This document shows, in pieces, positions 1 to 9,964 of a stretch of 64,000 bases of DNA; position 1 is the stretch's first letter; each line of letters opens with the position of its first letter. The position numbers were made by a program, and so were the translations under genes. Source of the DNA: Beijerinckiaceae bacterium (lineage in GTDB: Bacteria; Pseudomonadota; Alphaproteobacteria; Rhizobiales; Beijerinckiaceae); contig JAXMCV010000001.1 in assembly GCA_046349215.1 (NCBI GenBank), positions 830,434 to 894,433 of the forward strand. Reading direction: 5' to 3'. A model generated the notes under the pieces. That model saw only the letters and a program-made list of their open reading frames with translations. It did not search any database and was not told the origin of the DNA.

Positions 1-1513
1 GTCGCCCGCCCGCAAACTCGGCGTGATCGACCCCGCCGACCTCGATCCGCCGGCCGAGGCCGGCGCGGGTCGTCGCACGATGCAGACCTTCGCCTATACG
101 GTGCTGCTGCTCGTCATCCCGCCGCTTGGCCTGCTGCCGATCTTCCCGGCGTTCTGGGTGTTCGACCGGATGGATTCCTGGCTCGGCATTCTCGACCGCA
201 CTCTTTATCTGGCGGCCATTCCGATCTTCGCCTGGCCGACCGCCTTCGTGCTGGTGCTGCTGACGGTCGGCCTGATCGTCGCCGCGCGCTGGCTGATCCT
301 GCCCCGCGTCAGCGCCGGCTCCTATTCGATCTTTTCCTGGTTCTACGTCCGCAAGTGGGCGGTGTCGCTCGCGACCGAGATCACGCTGGAAACGCTGTCG
401 TCGCTGTTTGCGACGATCTACATGCGCACCTGGTATCGGCTGATGGGCGCGCGCATCGGCAACGATTCCGAAATCTCGACGAACATCGCGGGGCGCTACG
501 ACATTGTCGACATCGGCGACAAGTGCTTCATCGCCGACGAGGTGATCCTCGGCGACGAAGACATCCGGCGCGGCTGGATGCATCTGGCGGAAGTGAAGAC
601 CGGCTCGCGCGTCTTCGTCGGCAACGATGCCGTCGTGCCGCCGGGCGCGACAATTCCGGACGGCGCGCTGATCGGCGTGAAATCCAAGCCGCCGGCCAAC
701 GACCAGCTTTCGCCGAACGACACGTGGTTCGGTTCGCCGCCCATCAAGCTGCCCGTGCGCCAGAAGATGGACGCTGGCGGCGCGACATGGACCTATTCGC
801 CGCCGTGGTGGAAGGTGTGGATGCGCGGCACGTTCGAGGCGGTCAACATCTCGCTGCCGACGATGCTCTACATCACCTTCGGCACATGGTCCGTCGAATT
901 CTTCAGCTCCAACCTGCTGCGCGGCGAATACGGCACGGCGCTGGCGCTGTACGTGTTCTGTTGCGTGATGATCTCGATCGGCATGACGCTCGTCGTCATC
1001 GGCATCAAATGGGCGACGATGGGACGCTACGAGCCACAGGTGAAGCCGATGTGGTCGTTCTGGGCCATGCGAACCGAAGCGGTCGCCGTGCTGTACTGGG
1101 GCCTCGCCGGGCGCGTCTTCCTCGACCATCTGCGCGGCACGCCCTTCCTGCCGTGGATGCTTCGCCTGTTCGGTTCGAAATTCGGCAAGGGCGTGTTCAT
1201 GGACTCGACCGACATCACGGAGTTCGACTGCGTGAAGGTCGGCGACTACGTGGCCGTCAACATGATGTGCGTTCTGCAGACGCATCTCTACGAAGACCGG
1301 GTGATGAAGATCGGCCGCATCGACATCGGCAAGGGCGTTACCGTGGGCGCGGGTTCGACCGTGCTTTACGACACGCATTGCCACGATTACGCGCGCATTG
1401 GACCGCTGACCGTCGTGATGAAGGGCGAGACGCTGCCGGGCCATACCGAATGGATCGGGGCGCCCGCCGAACCGCAGATCACGCATGCGGGGGCCGCCAA
1501 GGCGGCGGCCTGA
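1..1513 (+). CDS. C-terminal part of a Pls/PosA-type single-module NRPS (membrane helices alternating with hexapeptide-repeat domains); the 5' end lies outside the window
   Basis: The frame of ORF 23..1513 stays open back to base 2. Hydrophobic helices (TFAYTVLLLVIPPLGLLPIF, AIPIFAWPTAFVLVLLTVGLIV, LALYVFCCVMISIGMTLVVIGI) alternate with left-handed-beta-helix-like repeats (IGNDSEISTNIAGRYDIVDIGDKCFIADEVILGD; VGDYVAVNMMCVLQTH..IGKGVTVGAGSTVL). I associate this layout with epsilon-poly-lysine-synthetase-like enzymes. Confidence 0.55.
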   Translation, partial: SPARKLGVIDPADLDPPAEAGAGRRTMQTFAYTVLLLVIPPLGLLPIFPAFWVFDRMDSWLGILDRTLYLAAIPIFAWPTAFVLVLLTVGLIVAARWLILPRVSAGSYSIFSWFYVRKWAVSLATEITLETLSSLFATIYMRTWYRLMGARIGNDSEISTNIAGRYDIVDIGDKCFIADEVILGDEDIRRGWMHLAEVKTGSRVFVGNDAVVPPGATIPDGALIGVKSKPPANDQLSPNDTWFGSPPIKLPVRQKMDAGGATWTYSPPWWKVWMRGTFEAVNISLPTMLYITFGTWSVEFFSSNLLRGEYGTALALYVFCCVMISIGMTLVVIGIKWATMGRYEPQVKPMWSFWAMRTEAVAVLYWGLAGRVFLDHLRGTPFLPWMLRLFGSKFGKGVFMDSTDITEFDCVKVGDYVAVNMMCVLQTHLYEDRVMKIGRIDIGKGVTVGAGSTVLYDTHCHDYARIGPLTVVMKGETLPGHTEWIGAPAEPQITHAGAAKAAA

Positions 1514-1600
1514 GGAAATCGCGCTTCGCTTGAGGCGGATCAAGGCCGGCGCAGGGCCGCAGGACCACACTCCCCGGCCCGAAATCAGGGAGCGCCTCGA

Positions 1601-2647
1601 ATGAGCGAAACGCCGCCGAACGCCACGTCTTCAGTCCCCGCAGCCGCCGAGAGCGCTCCAACGGCTTCGTCGCCGGGCGCCGTCCCGGGCGGCGCGACGG
1701 GCGAAAAGAAGAAGGACAAGGAAGCGAAGGCGGCGGCCCTCAAGCCCGGCGCCCAGGAGGCGCACGAGGAACACCGGCGCATCGCCGCCATGCGGCACGA
1801 CCCGAGCCTGATCCGCAAGCTGTTCGAAACCGGCGAATACCCCTACGCACAGCGGATGCGGGTCGGCCCCTACGAAGAACACATGGTGGCGCTGCAGCGC
1901 GAATTGCTGAAAGCGCAGCGCTGGATCGAGGAGAGCGGCGAACGGATCATCGTGCTGTTCGAAGGGCGCGACGCCGCCGGCAAGGGCGGCACGATCAAGA
2001 GATTCATGGAGCACATGAACCCGCGCACGGCGCGCGTCGTCGCGCTTCAGAAGCCGACCGAGCGCGAAAGGACGCAATGGTACTTCCAGCGCTACATCCA
2101 GCAATTCCCGTCGGGCGGCGAAGTCTGCCTGTTCGACCGATCCTGGTACAATCGCGCCGGCGTCGAACGTGTTATGGGATTCTGCACGCCGACCGACTAT
2201 CTCGAATTCATGCGCGAATGCCCCGAGATCGAGCGCATGATTACGCGCTCCGGCATCCGGCTCTTCAAGTACTGGTTCTCCGTGTCGCGCGAGGAGCAGC
2301 GGCGGCGCTTCGAGTCGCGCGAGCACGATCCGCTGAAGCAGTGGAAACTGTCGCCGATCGACCGCGCCTCGCTCAACAAGTGGGACGATTACACGGAAGC
2401 CAAGGAAGCGATGTTCTTTTATACGGACACCGCCGACGCGCCGTGGACGATCATAAAGTCGGACGACAAGAAGCGCGCGCGCCTGAACTGCATGACGCAT
2501 TTCCTGTCGCACCTGCCCTATCCGAACAAGGATCATTCGATCGTAAAGACGCCGGACCCGCTGATCGTCGGTTCGACGGACCACGTCATTGGTCACGACC
2601 GCGGCATCGTCGCCAAGAGCGTACACCCCGACCTCAAGCGCGGGTAA
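1601..2647 (+). CDS. ppk2: polyphosphate kinase 2 (PPK2 family)
   Basis: ATG with upstream CAGGGAG. Walker-A-like FEGRDAAGKGGTIKRF and the PPK2 core WYFQRYIQQFPSGGEVCLFDRSWYNRAGVERVMGFC are present. The N-terminal extension is low-complexity. Confidence 0.9.
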   Translation: MSETPPNATSSVPAAAESAPTASSPGAVPGGATGEKKKDKEAKAAALKPGAQEAHEEHRRIAAMRHDPSLIRKLFETGEYPYAQRMRVGPYEEHMVALQRELLKAQRWIEESGERIIVLFEGRDAAGKGGTIKRFMEHMNPRTARVVALQKPTERERTQWYFQRYIQQFPSGGEVCLFDRSWYNRAGVERVMGFCTPTDYLEFMRECPEIERMITRSGIRLFKYWFSVSREEQRRRFESREHDPLKQWKLSPIDRASLNKWDDYTEAKEAMFFYTDTADAPWTIIKSDDKKRARLNCMTHFLSHLPYPNKDHSIVKTPDPLIVGSTDHVIGHDRGIVAKSVHPDLKRG

Positions 2648-2837
2648 GGCGACGAACCTCGCGCGCCTCGCGGCGGTTGCGATGCAGCGCGCGTGGCGCG
2701 CCGGTTCTTTGGGCCCGTGGCGCCTCGGCGAGCCCTCGCGCCGGACCGCAGGACCGGACGCGATATTCGCTGCGTCCCGCCTAGTATCGGCGACCGCTAT
2801 TTGTCATGATGGGCGCCGTTCAAGTGGGTGGCGACAA

Positions 2838-3674
2838 ATGAAAACGGTCACTGCATCCGCTGCCAGCAAGCTCGGCAAATTTCTGACCAAGGACGTGCAT
2901 CGCATATTCGGCTCGGCTCACAACGACGCGGCGGAGCGGCTCGGCAGCTTCGCCCGCAGCACGATCGAATATATCGGCAAGAGCGACGCGCTTTATCACA
3001 ATTTCGAGCACACGATCCTGGTGACCCTGGTCGGGCGCGACATTCTGCAGGGCATGCTCCTCTCGCAACGGATCGAGGCGGAGGACTACACGCATCTCAT
3101 CGTGAGCTGCCTGCTGCATGACATCGGATATGTTCGCGGCGCGCTGGCCGACGACGGCGGCGGCGAATTCGTGTCGGACATGAAGGGCGGCCGCGTGAAG
3201 CTGGCCCGAGGCGCATCGGACGCGGCGCTGACGCCCTACCATGTCGACCGCTCGAAACTGTTCGCACTGGAGCGGCTGAAGAATTCCCCGGCCATCGACG
3301 CGCAGCGCGTCGCCGACGCCATCGAGGCGACGCGCTTTCCGCCGCAGCCCGATCGCGAGACGACGCTGGAGGGCAGGCTCGTTCGCGCCGCCGACCTGAT
3401 CGGCCAGATGGGCGACCCGCTCTACCCTCGCAAGGCGAACGCCCTTTTCTTCGAGTTCGACGAAATCGGCATGAACCGGCAATTGGGCTATTCCTCGCCG
3501 GCCGATATCGTCGAACAATATCCCAGCTTTTTCTGGAGCCATGTCGCCGATCATCTCACCGAAGGCGTCGGCTTTCTCAACCTGACGGATTCCGGACGGC
3601 AATGGATCGCCAATCTCCACCATCACGTCCTCTGCGCCGAACACCGCAACAGCCTCATGGGGCCGCAACAATAG
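2838..3674 (+). CDS. HD-domain metal-dependent phosphohydrolase
   Basis: Internal ATG at 2838 (MKTVTAS..) within ORF 2589..3674. H..HD signature present (YHNFEHT ... SCLLHDIGYVRG). GC3 is high. Confidence 0.7.
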   Translation: MKTVTASAASKLGKFLTKDVHRIFGSAHNDAAERLGSFARSTIEYIGKSDALYHNFEHTILVTLVGRDILQGMLLSQRIEAEDYTHLIVSCLLHDIGYVRGALADDGGGEFVSDMKGGRVKLARGASDAALTPYHVDRSKLFALERLKNSPAIDAQRVADAIEATRFPPQPDRETTLEGRLVRAADLIGQMGDPLYPRKANALFFEFDEIGMNRQLGYSSPADIVEQYPSFFWSHVADHLTEGVGFLNLTDSGRQWIANLHHHVLCAEHRNSLMGPQQ

Positions 3675-3746
3675 GGCCTGCGCGGGTCCGCCTTGTCCTG
3701 CCGCCCCGCATTTGACCGCGTCCGCCGCCGCGCCTAGAACCCCGGC

Positions 3747-4835
3747 ATGTCGCACAATTCCTTCGGCCATCTGTTCCGGGTGACGACCTTCGGCGAGAGC
3801 CACGGGCCGGCGCTCGGCTGCGTGGTCGACGGCTGCCCGCCGATGATCCCGCTCGAGGCTGCGGAGATTCAGGCGTTTCTCGACAAGCGCCGGCCCGGCC
3901 AGTCACGGTTCACCACGCAACGGCAGGAACCGGACGAGGTGAAGATCCTGTCCGGCGTGTTCGTCGACGAAGCGACGGGGCGCCAGGTCACGACAGGCAC
4001 GCCGATCGCGCTGATGATCGAGAACACCGACCAGCGCTCGAAGGATTATTCCGACATCAAGGACAAGTTCCGGCCGGGCCACGCCGACTTCACATACGAG
4101 GCGAAATACGGCATCCGCGACTATCGCGGCGGCGGGCGCTCGTCGGCGCGCGAGACGGCGGCGCGCGTCGCCGCCGGCGCCATCGCGCGCAAGGTGATCG
4201 CCGGCGTGAAGGTGCGCGGCGCGCTGGTGCAGGTGGGACCGCACAAGATCGATCGCGACCGCTGGGACTGGGACGAAATCGAGCGCAATCCGCTGTTCTG
4301 TCCCGATCCTGTCGCGGCGAAAGGCTGGGAGACGTATCTCGACGGAATCCGCAAGGCGGGCTCCTCGATCGGCGCGGTGATCGAGATCGTCGCCGAGGGC
4401 GTTCCCGCCGGATGGGGCGCGCCCGTCTACGCAAAGCTCGATTCCGAAATCGCCGGCGCGCTGATGACGATCAACGCCGTGAAAGGCGTTGAGATCGGCG
4501 CCGGCTTCGCCGCGGCCGAACTGTCCGGCGAGGAAAACGCCGACGAGATGCGGATGGGCAACGACGGCAAGCCGCTGTTCCTGTCCAACAATGCCGGCGG
4601 CATCCTCGGCGGCATCTCGACGGGGCAGCCGATTGTCGCGCGTTTCGCGGTCAAGCCGACATCGTCGATCCTGACGCCGCGCCGCACGATCGACCGCGCC
4701 GGCCACGAGGCCGACATCCTCACCAAGGGCCGCCACGACCCCTGCGTCGGCATCCGCGCCGTGCCGGTCGGCGAAGCGATGGTCGCCTGCGTGCTCGCCG
4801 ACCAGTTCCTGCGGCATCGCGGCCAAATTGGCTGA
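3747..4835 (+). CDS. aroC: chorismate synthase
   Basis: [50 protein letters not shown] and [12 protein letters not shown] are classic AroC motifs. Length 362 aa. Confidence 0.95.
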   Translation: MSHNSFGHLFRVTTFGESHGPALGCVVDGCPPMIPLEAAEIQAFLDKRRPGQSRFTTQRQEPDEVKILSGVFVDEATGRQVTTGTPIALMIENTDQRSKDYSDIKDKFRPGHADFTYEAKYGIRDYRGGGRSSARETAARVAAGAIARKVIAGVKVRGALVQVGPHKIDRDRWDWDEIERNPLFCPDPVAAKGWETYLDGIRKAGSSIGAVIEIVAEGVPAGWGAPVYAKLDSEIAGALMTINAVKGVEIGAGFAAAELSGEENADEMRMGNDGKPLFLSNNAGGILGGISTGQPIVARFAVKPTSSILTPRRTIDRAGHEADILTKGRHDPCVGIRAVPVGEAMVACVLADQFLRHRGQIG

Positions 4836-4941
4836 GGTCGGCTGAACGCCTCGGCGCCCAACATTCGGGCGGCCGCGGCGAGATCGAAACGGAACGTCAC
4901 GGCCACGACCGCGTTGAAGACGCATCTCCAGACATCACGGG

Positions 4942-5826
4942 ATGCGCATGCTGATCCGCTTCGGCTACGAAATCGCCTTCGACTGCCCACGTACGACCCC
5001 GATGGTCTGCCGCATGGAACTGGCGCCGGATGGCGCGCGCACGCTCGCCTACACGCCATTCGCGGCCTCGCCGCGCCTTTCGTCGACGACGTTCCACGAT
5101 GAATTCGGCAATCGCGTTCGCAGGTTCGTTGCCCCGGCCGGCCGCACGACCATCTGGAGTTCGGGCGTCGCGGAGGTGGACGGCCTCGCCGATCCGGTCA
5201 AGCCGCAGGCGCGTGAAATCGCCGTGCAGGATCTGCCGGACTATGCGCTGCGCTACCTGACAGGCAGCCGCTATGTCGACACCGACCATCTCAGCCAGTT
5301 CGCGTGGGACACGTTCGGCGGGGTCGCGCCGGGATGGGGACGCGTGCAGGCGATCTGCGACTTCGTGCACGCGCATCTCTCGTTCGGATACGAGCATGCG
5401 CGCGCCACGCGCACGGCGCACGAGGCTTTCGCGGAGCGACGCGGCGTCTGCCGCGACTTCGCGCATCTGGCCGTCGCGCTGTGCCGCTGCATGAATATTC
5501 CGGCGCGCTACGCCAATGGATATCTCGGCGATATCGGCGTGCCGGCCGATCCGGCGCCCATGGACTTCAACGCCTGGTTCGAGGTCTATCTCGACCACGC
5601 ATGGTTCACCTTCGATGCGCGCCACAACAGGCCGCGCATCGGCCGCCTGCTCGTCTCGCGCGGGCGCGACGCGGCCGATATCCCGATGATCCATTCCTTC
5701 GGGCCGCACGTGCTTGTCTCGTTCAAGGTCTGGACCGACGAGGTCTCGCCAGCGAAGCCGCAGGACATGAAGGCCGATCCCGCACGGGCGGCGAACGGTG
5801 GGCTGCTGCTGCGCCGGCCCGGATGA
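4942..5826 (+). CDS. transglutaminase-like family protein
   Basis: Transglutaminase-core cysteine motif RGVCRDFAHLAVALCRCMNIPARYANGY, followed by the downstream H/D region (WFEVYLDHAWFTFDARH). Confidence 0.85.
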   Translation: MRMLIRFGYEIAFDCPRTTPMVCRMELAPDGARTLAYTPFAASPRLSSTTFHDEFGNRVRRFVAPAGRTTIWSSGVAEVDGLADPVKPQAREIAVQDLPDYALRYLTGSRYVDTDHLSQFAWDTFGGVAPGWGRVQAICDFVHAHLSFGYEHARATRTAHEAFAERRGVCRDFAHLAVALCRCMNIPARYANGYLGDIGVPADPAPMDFNAWFEVYLDHAWFTFDARHNRPRIGRLLVSRGRDAADIPMIHSFGPHVLVSFKVWTDEVSPAKPQDMKADPARAANGGLLLRRPG

Positions 5827-5830
5827 GACG

Positions 5831-6595
5831 CTATTTCTTCAGTCCCTCGACGACGCCGACGATCGGCCCGATCGACTTCCAGCCGTCGTTTCGCTTGAGC
5901 GCCGGGGAATAAAGCGCGGAAACGGAACCGTCGAGAAACAGCGCGTCGGGACATTTCAGCTCGAGGAACAGGCTCGCGAAAGTGTGGAACGTGACGGGAT
6001 CGTCCGCGATGACGAACCTCACCATGCCATCCTCACAGAGTCCCACGCCGTTGCGGGTCTTTTCCGATGTTCCGTCGGCATGGATCTTCGGATGGATCCT
6101 GCCGCCGATGACCAGCATCGGGCCACTTTGCGTCGCGTAGTCCGGGCGAGGATTGAGCGACAGGTATTTCTGCGTGTCGGTGACGCCCGCCACGCCCTGC
6201 CGCACCCAGAACACGCCGTTGGGCTGGAGGTTGAAATTGCCCTTGCCGCCGCGCCGGTTGACCGGACGCAGTTCCTGACCGCGCTCGATGAAGAGCCCGA
6301 CCGGCGACAGGTCCGGCTGGAACATGCCGGCGTTCATCGCGAAGACGAGCCGGCCGCCCCTCCCCTCGACCTCGGTGGCGAGATTGTCGAAACCGCCGAA
6401 ACTGTCGCCCTGCTCGCCGCGCCAGAACAGGCGGATGTCGCTGCGGGCCGGGTTAAAGGCGCATACCACGTAGTTCGCGCCGCCACGCGCCAGAGGCGAG
6501 CAGCCCTGCGCCGGAACCTGAGCAAAAGCCGGCCCCGCCACAGCCATGGCGAAAATCGCAACAAGACGCTTGAATGTATGTTGCGAAAATCGCAT
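5831..6595 (-). CDS. secreted phosphodiester glycosidase family protein (DUF2233-like)
   Basis: Signal peptide MRFSQHTFKRLVAIFAMAVAGPAFAQ. Body resembles DUF2233/NAGPA-type proteins (AMNAGMF, QSGPMLV, RNGVGL, ALFLDGSVS). Confidence 0.7.
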   Translation of the reverse strand: MRFSQHTFKRLVAIFAMAVAGPAFAQVPAQGCSPLARGGANYVVCAFNPARSDIRLFWRGEQGDSFGGFDNLATEVEGRGGRLVFAMNAGMFQPDLSPVGLFIERGQELRPVNRRGGKGNFNLQPNGVFWVRQGVAGVTDTQKYLSLNPRPDYATQSGPMLVIGGRIHPKIHADGTSEKTRNGVGLCEDGMVRFVIADDPVTFHTFASLFLELKCPDALFLDGSVSALYSPALKRNDGWKSIGPIVGVVEGLKK

Positions 6596-6615
6596 GATCG
6601 AATCTGGAGGCGCCG

Positions 6616-7914
6616 ATGACGGATCAATCTAGCATTCTCGACTGGATCAGGAAGGGGCTCGAAAAGCCCGGCCGATCGCAGGTCGGCCTCGCCGAGGCGC
6701 TCGGCATCGACAGGGCGCAGGTGACCCGGCTGATGCAGGGCAAGCGCGAACTCAAGGTCCGCGAATTGCGGCTGGTGGCCGACTATCTCGACCTGGCGCT
6801 GCCAGCGGCCGGCCTGTCCGAGGCTGCCGAACCGGCGCGCGTCGCCAATTCCGTGACGGAAGCGATCGAAGCGATCGCGCGCGGCGAAATCGTCATCGTG
6901 ACCGACGACGACGACAGGGAGAACGAAGGCGACCTGATCATGGCCGCCTCGCTCTGCACGCCGGAGAAGATGGCCTTCATCATCCGCAATTGCTGCGGCA
7001 TCGTCTGCGCGCCGCTGCCGCTGTCGGAGGCGCGCCGCCTTCACCTGCAGCCGATGGTGGCGGCCAACGACGCGCCGCTCGGCACCGCCTTCACCGTTTC
7101 GGTCGACGTCAAGCACGGCCTGACGACCGGCATTTCGGCGGAGCAGCGCGCCAATACGGTGCGCGCGCTCGCCAACGGCAATATGGGCGCAAGCGATTTC
7201 GTGCGGCCGGGGCACGTGTTCCCGCTGATCGCGCGCGAAGGCGGCGTCCTCATGCGTTCGGGCCATACGGAAGCGGCCGTCGATCTGTGCCGCCTCGCCG
7301 GACTGCCGCCGGTCGGCGTGATCTGCGAACTCGCCAATGACGACGGCACTGTCATGGCCGGCCAGCAGATCGCGGATTTCGCAAAAAAGCACGATCTGAA
7401 GCGGATCTCGGTGGCCGAACTCATCTCCTATCGCCAGGCCCGCGAAAAGCTGGTCGAGCGGGTCGCGGTCAAGCCGGTGAAGACCTTCGTCGGCGAGATG
7501 ACGCTCTATTGCTACACGACGCCCTTCGATCCGGTGCAGCATTTCGCGCTCGTGCACGGCTCGATCGGCGACGGCGCGAGCGTGCCGGCCCGCCTCCACC
7601 GCGCCGACATCCTCGGCGACGTTTTCGGCGCCGGCGACACGCTGCGGCGCACGCTCGAACGCTTCAAGCGCGAGGGCCGCGGCGTGCTTGTCTACATGCG
7701 CGACGGAACCGCCGGCGTGCCGGCGAATGTCGTAGGCGGGGCGGACGCCGATTCCGAGACGAAACGCTCCAAGCACTGGCTCGACGTCGGCCTCGGCGCG
7801 CAGATCCTCAAGGACCTCGGCGTGCGCTCGATCATGCTGCGCACCTCGACGCCCATGACCTATGTCGGCCTGTCCGGCTTCGGGATCGAGATCGCAGGCG
7901 TGGAAGGGGTATAG
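6616..7914 (+). CDS. ribB: 3,4-dihydroxy-2-butanone-4-phosphate synthase with an N-terminal XRE-type HTH and a C-terminal GTP-cyclohydrolase-II-like domain lacking the zinc cysteines (RibBX-like)
   Basis: ATG 6616 preceded by CTGGAGG. HTH segment: [43 protein letters not shown] core: [39 protein letters not shown]. The C-terminal region aligns to GCHII, but [20 protein letters not shown] has no Cys. Confidence 0.85.
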   Translation: MTDQSSILDWIRKGLEKPGRSQVGLAEALGIDRAQVTRLMQGKRELKVRELRLVADYLDLALPAAGLSEAAEPARVANSVTEAIEAIARGEIVIVTDDDDRENEGDLIMAASLCTPEKMAFIIRNCCGIVCAPLPLSEARRLHLQPMVAANDAPLGTAFTVSVDVKHGLTTGISAEQRANTVRALANGNMGASDFVRPGHVFPLIAREGGVLMRSGHTEAAVDLCRLAGLPPVGVICELANDDGTVMAGQQIADFAKKHDLKRISVAELISYRQAREKLVERVAVKPVKTFVGEMTLYCYTTPFDPVQHFALVHGSIGDGASVPARLHRADILGDVFGAGDTLRRTLERFKREGRGVLVYMRDGTAGVPANVVGGADADSETKRSKHWLDVGLGAQILKDLGVRSIMLRTSTPMTYVGLSGFGIEIAGVEGV

Positions 7915-7938
7915 TGGCGGCAAGCCCGGAGAAAAATC

Positions 7939-8535
7939 ATGTCGCTGTCATCCAAGATCGCCGAACTCGTCCGCAAGACTCAGGTTACTGTTGAAGAGAC
8001 CTGGCACGAGCGCGGTCCCCGCGCGACGACGCCGTTGCGCATCGCTGTAGCGACCGCCGTCGTGCGCAATCCGTTCGCCGGGCGCTACGAACCAGACCTC
8101 ATGCAGTTCCAGACAGAACTGCGCGAACTCGGCACGTTCCTGTCGACAAGGCTGATCGAGGCCATCGGCAGCGCGGAACTGGTGCAGGCCTACGGCAAGG
8201 GCGCGATTGTCGGCGAGGACGGCGAACTCGAACATGGCGCCGTGTGGCATGAGGCCGGCGGCTGGGCGATGCGCGCCGTGCTCGGTCAACCCAAGGCTAT
8301 CGTGCCGGCGGCCAAGACGGTCGGCACACTGGGCACGCGCCTGATGATCCCGCTCGGTCACAAGGACGCGGCGTATGTGCGCAGCCATTTCGTCATGGCG
8401 GAAATGACGGTCTGGGACGGACCGCGTCGAGACGAGATCGCCTATGGCCTCGTCATGGCGAGCGGCGGCCGCATTCACGCGCGCATCGGCGGGCTGGCTG
8501 TCTCCGACATCAAGGTCCACGACGGGCAGAGGTAA
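7939..8535 (+). CDS. amino acid synthesis family protein (DUF1185)
   Basis: ATG with GGAGAAA upstream. About 198 aa. The N-terminus (KTQVTVEETWHERGPRATTPLRIAVATAVVRNPFAGRYEPDL) fits my recollection of DUF1185 proteins. Confidence 0.65.
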   Translation: MSLSSKIAELVRKTQVTVEETWHERGPRATTPLRIAVATAVVRNPFAGRYEPDLMQFQTELRELGTFLSTRLIEAIGSAELVQAYGKGAIVGEDGELEHGAVWHEAGGWAMRAVLGQPKAIVPAAKTVGTLGTRLMIPLGHKDAAYVRSHFVMAEMTVWDGPRRDEIAYGLVMASGGRIHARIGGLAVSDIKVHDGQR

Positions 8536-8744
8536 CGGCTTTCCTTCTGTTGCTTCGAGACGGCGCTTTCAGCGCCGCCTCGACATGAGGCCGCTGCGAC
8601 TGATCCATCATGTCTAGCAGCGCAATGTGGCGACGCGGCTCGATTCCTGAAAGGCCGGTCTTTCCGCGCTGGACGAACAGCAAATCTCTGACATGATCTG
8701 ATCCGACGACAGGCCGCGACAGACGGCCGTCCCGGAGGAACGAT

Positions 8745-9962
8745 ATGTTTGCCTTGCGCTCTGCCGCGGCCGCTCTCGCCGGCGCCGCCCTCGCCTGCCT
8801 GCCTCTCGTCGCCTTGCCGGCCCGCGCCGAAGAGCCGCGCGGGATCAGCAAGACCGAGATCAAGATCGGCCAGACCATGCCCTATTCCGGGCCGGTGTCA
8901 GCCTTCTCGATGCTCGGCAAGTCGGAGATCGCCTATTTCCAGATGCTGAACGAGAAGGGCGGCATCAACGGGCGCAAGGTCAACCTCATCTCCTACGACG
9001 ACGGCTATGCGCCGCCGAAGACGGTCGAGCAGACGCGCAAGCTGGTCGAACAGGACGAGATCGCCTTCATCTTCTCGACCATCGGCACGGCGCACAATAC
9101 GGCGACGGCGAAATACCTGCAGTCGAAGAACGTGCCGCAGCTGTTCATCGGTTCGGGCGCGTCGAAATTCAACGACCTGACCAATTATCCGCTGACGATC
9201 ATGGGCGTGCAGGGCTCGTTCCGTTCGGAAGCGCGCATCTATGCGCGCCATGCGCTGAAGCAGAACCCGAACGCCAAATTCGCTATCCTGATGCAGAACG
9301 ACGATTTCGGCCGCGACTATCTCGCAGGCCTGCGCGACGTGCTCGGCGCCGATGCCGACAAGCGCATCGTTGTTGCAACGTATGAAGTCGCCGACCCGAC
9401 CATCGACTCGCAGATCACGACGCTGAAGGCGTCGGGCGCCGACGTGCTGATCGGCGCGGCGACGCCGAAATTCGCGGCGCAGGCGATCCGCCGCGTCTAC
9501 GAACTCGGCTGGAAGCCGCAATTCTTCATGGCGAATGTCGCGATCTGGATTTCGTCTGTCATGGAGCCGGCGGGCGTCGAGAAAGGCGTCGGCATCATGT
9601 CGTCGGCCTATGTGAAGGACCCGATGGACCCGGCGTGGAAGGACGATGCGGGCCTGAAAACATTTCTGGAATTCATGAACAAGTACATGGCGGGCCAGGA
9701 CTGGCGCGACCAGAACTTCGTCAATGGCTACAATTCGGCGATGACGCTCGAAGCCGTGCTGCGCGCCTGCGGCGACGACCTGTCGACTGCCAACATCATG
9801 AAGCAGGCGACGTCCATCAAGAATCTCGAACTGCCGATGCTGCTGCCCGGCATCAAGGTCTCGACGGGGCCGACCGACCACATGCCCGTCAAGCAGATGC
9901 AGATGATGCGGTTCGACGGCAAGCAATGGGTCCGCTTCGGCGACGTGCAGAGCGGGGACTGA
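8745..9962 (+). CDS. ABC-transporter periplasmic substrate-binding protein (LivJ/LivK-like, type I PBP); no permease or ATPase genes adjacent
   Basis: GGAGGA RBS and signal peptide MFALRSAAAALAGAALACLPLVALPARA. Typical branched-chain/aromatic-acid SBP layout (IKIGQTMPYSGP.., LISYDDGYAPPKTV). Confidence 0.85.
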   Translation: MFALRSAAAALAGAALACLPLVALPARAEEPRGISKTEIKIGQTMPYSGPVSAFSMLGKSEIAYFQMLNEKGGINGRKVNLISYDDGYAPPKTVEQTRKLVEQDEIAFIFSTIGTAHNTATAKYLQSKNVPQLFIGSGASKFNDLTNYPLTIMGVQGSFRSEARIYARHALKQNPNAKFAILMQNDDFGRDYLAGLRDVLGADADKRIVVATYEVADPTIDSQITTLKASGADVLIGAATPKFAAQAIRRVYELGWKPQFFMANVAIWISSVMEPAGVEKGVGIMSSAYVKDPMDPAWKDDAGLKTFLEFMNKYMAGQDWRDQNFVNGYNSAMTLEAVLRACGDDLSTANIMKQATSIKNLELPMLLPGIKVSTGPTDHMPVKQMQMMRFDGKQWVRFGDVQSGD

Positions 9963-9964
9963 AA

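Noticed and set aside
6596-6615. Looked for an FMN (RFN) riboswitch upstream of the ribB-type gene.
   Set aside because: Only 20 bp separate the divergent start codons, and the N-terminal HTH segment has coding-like GC3. There is no room for a ~150-nt aptamer.
8536-8744. A 209-bp leader upstream of the SBP gene with an 8-bp long-range inverted repeat (ATCATGTC ... GACATGAT) and a small hairpin GGCGC-tttca-GCGCC, considered as a riboswitch or sRNA.
   Set aside because: The pairing is short, and no known riboswitch core motifs are recognisable. It cannot be distinguished from an ordinary 5' UTR or terminator remnant without covariation or transcript data.
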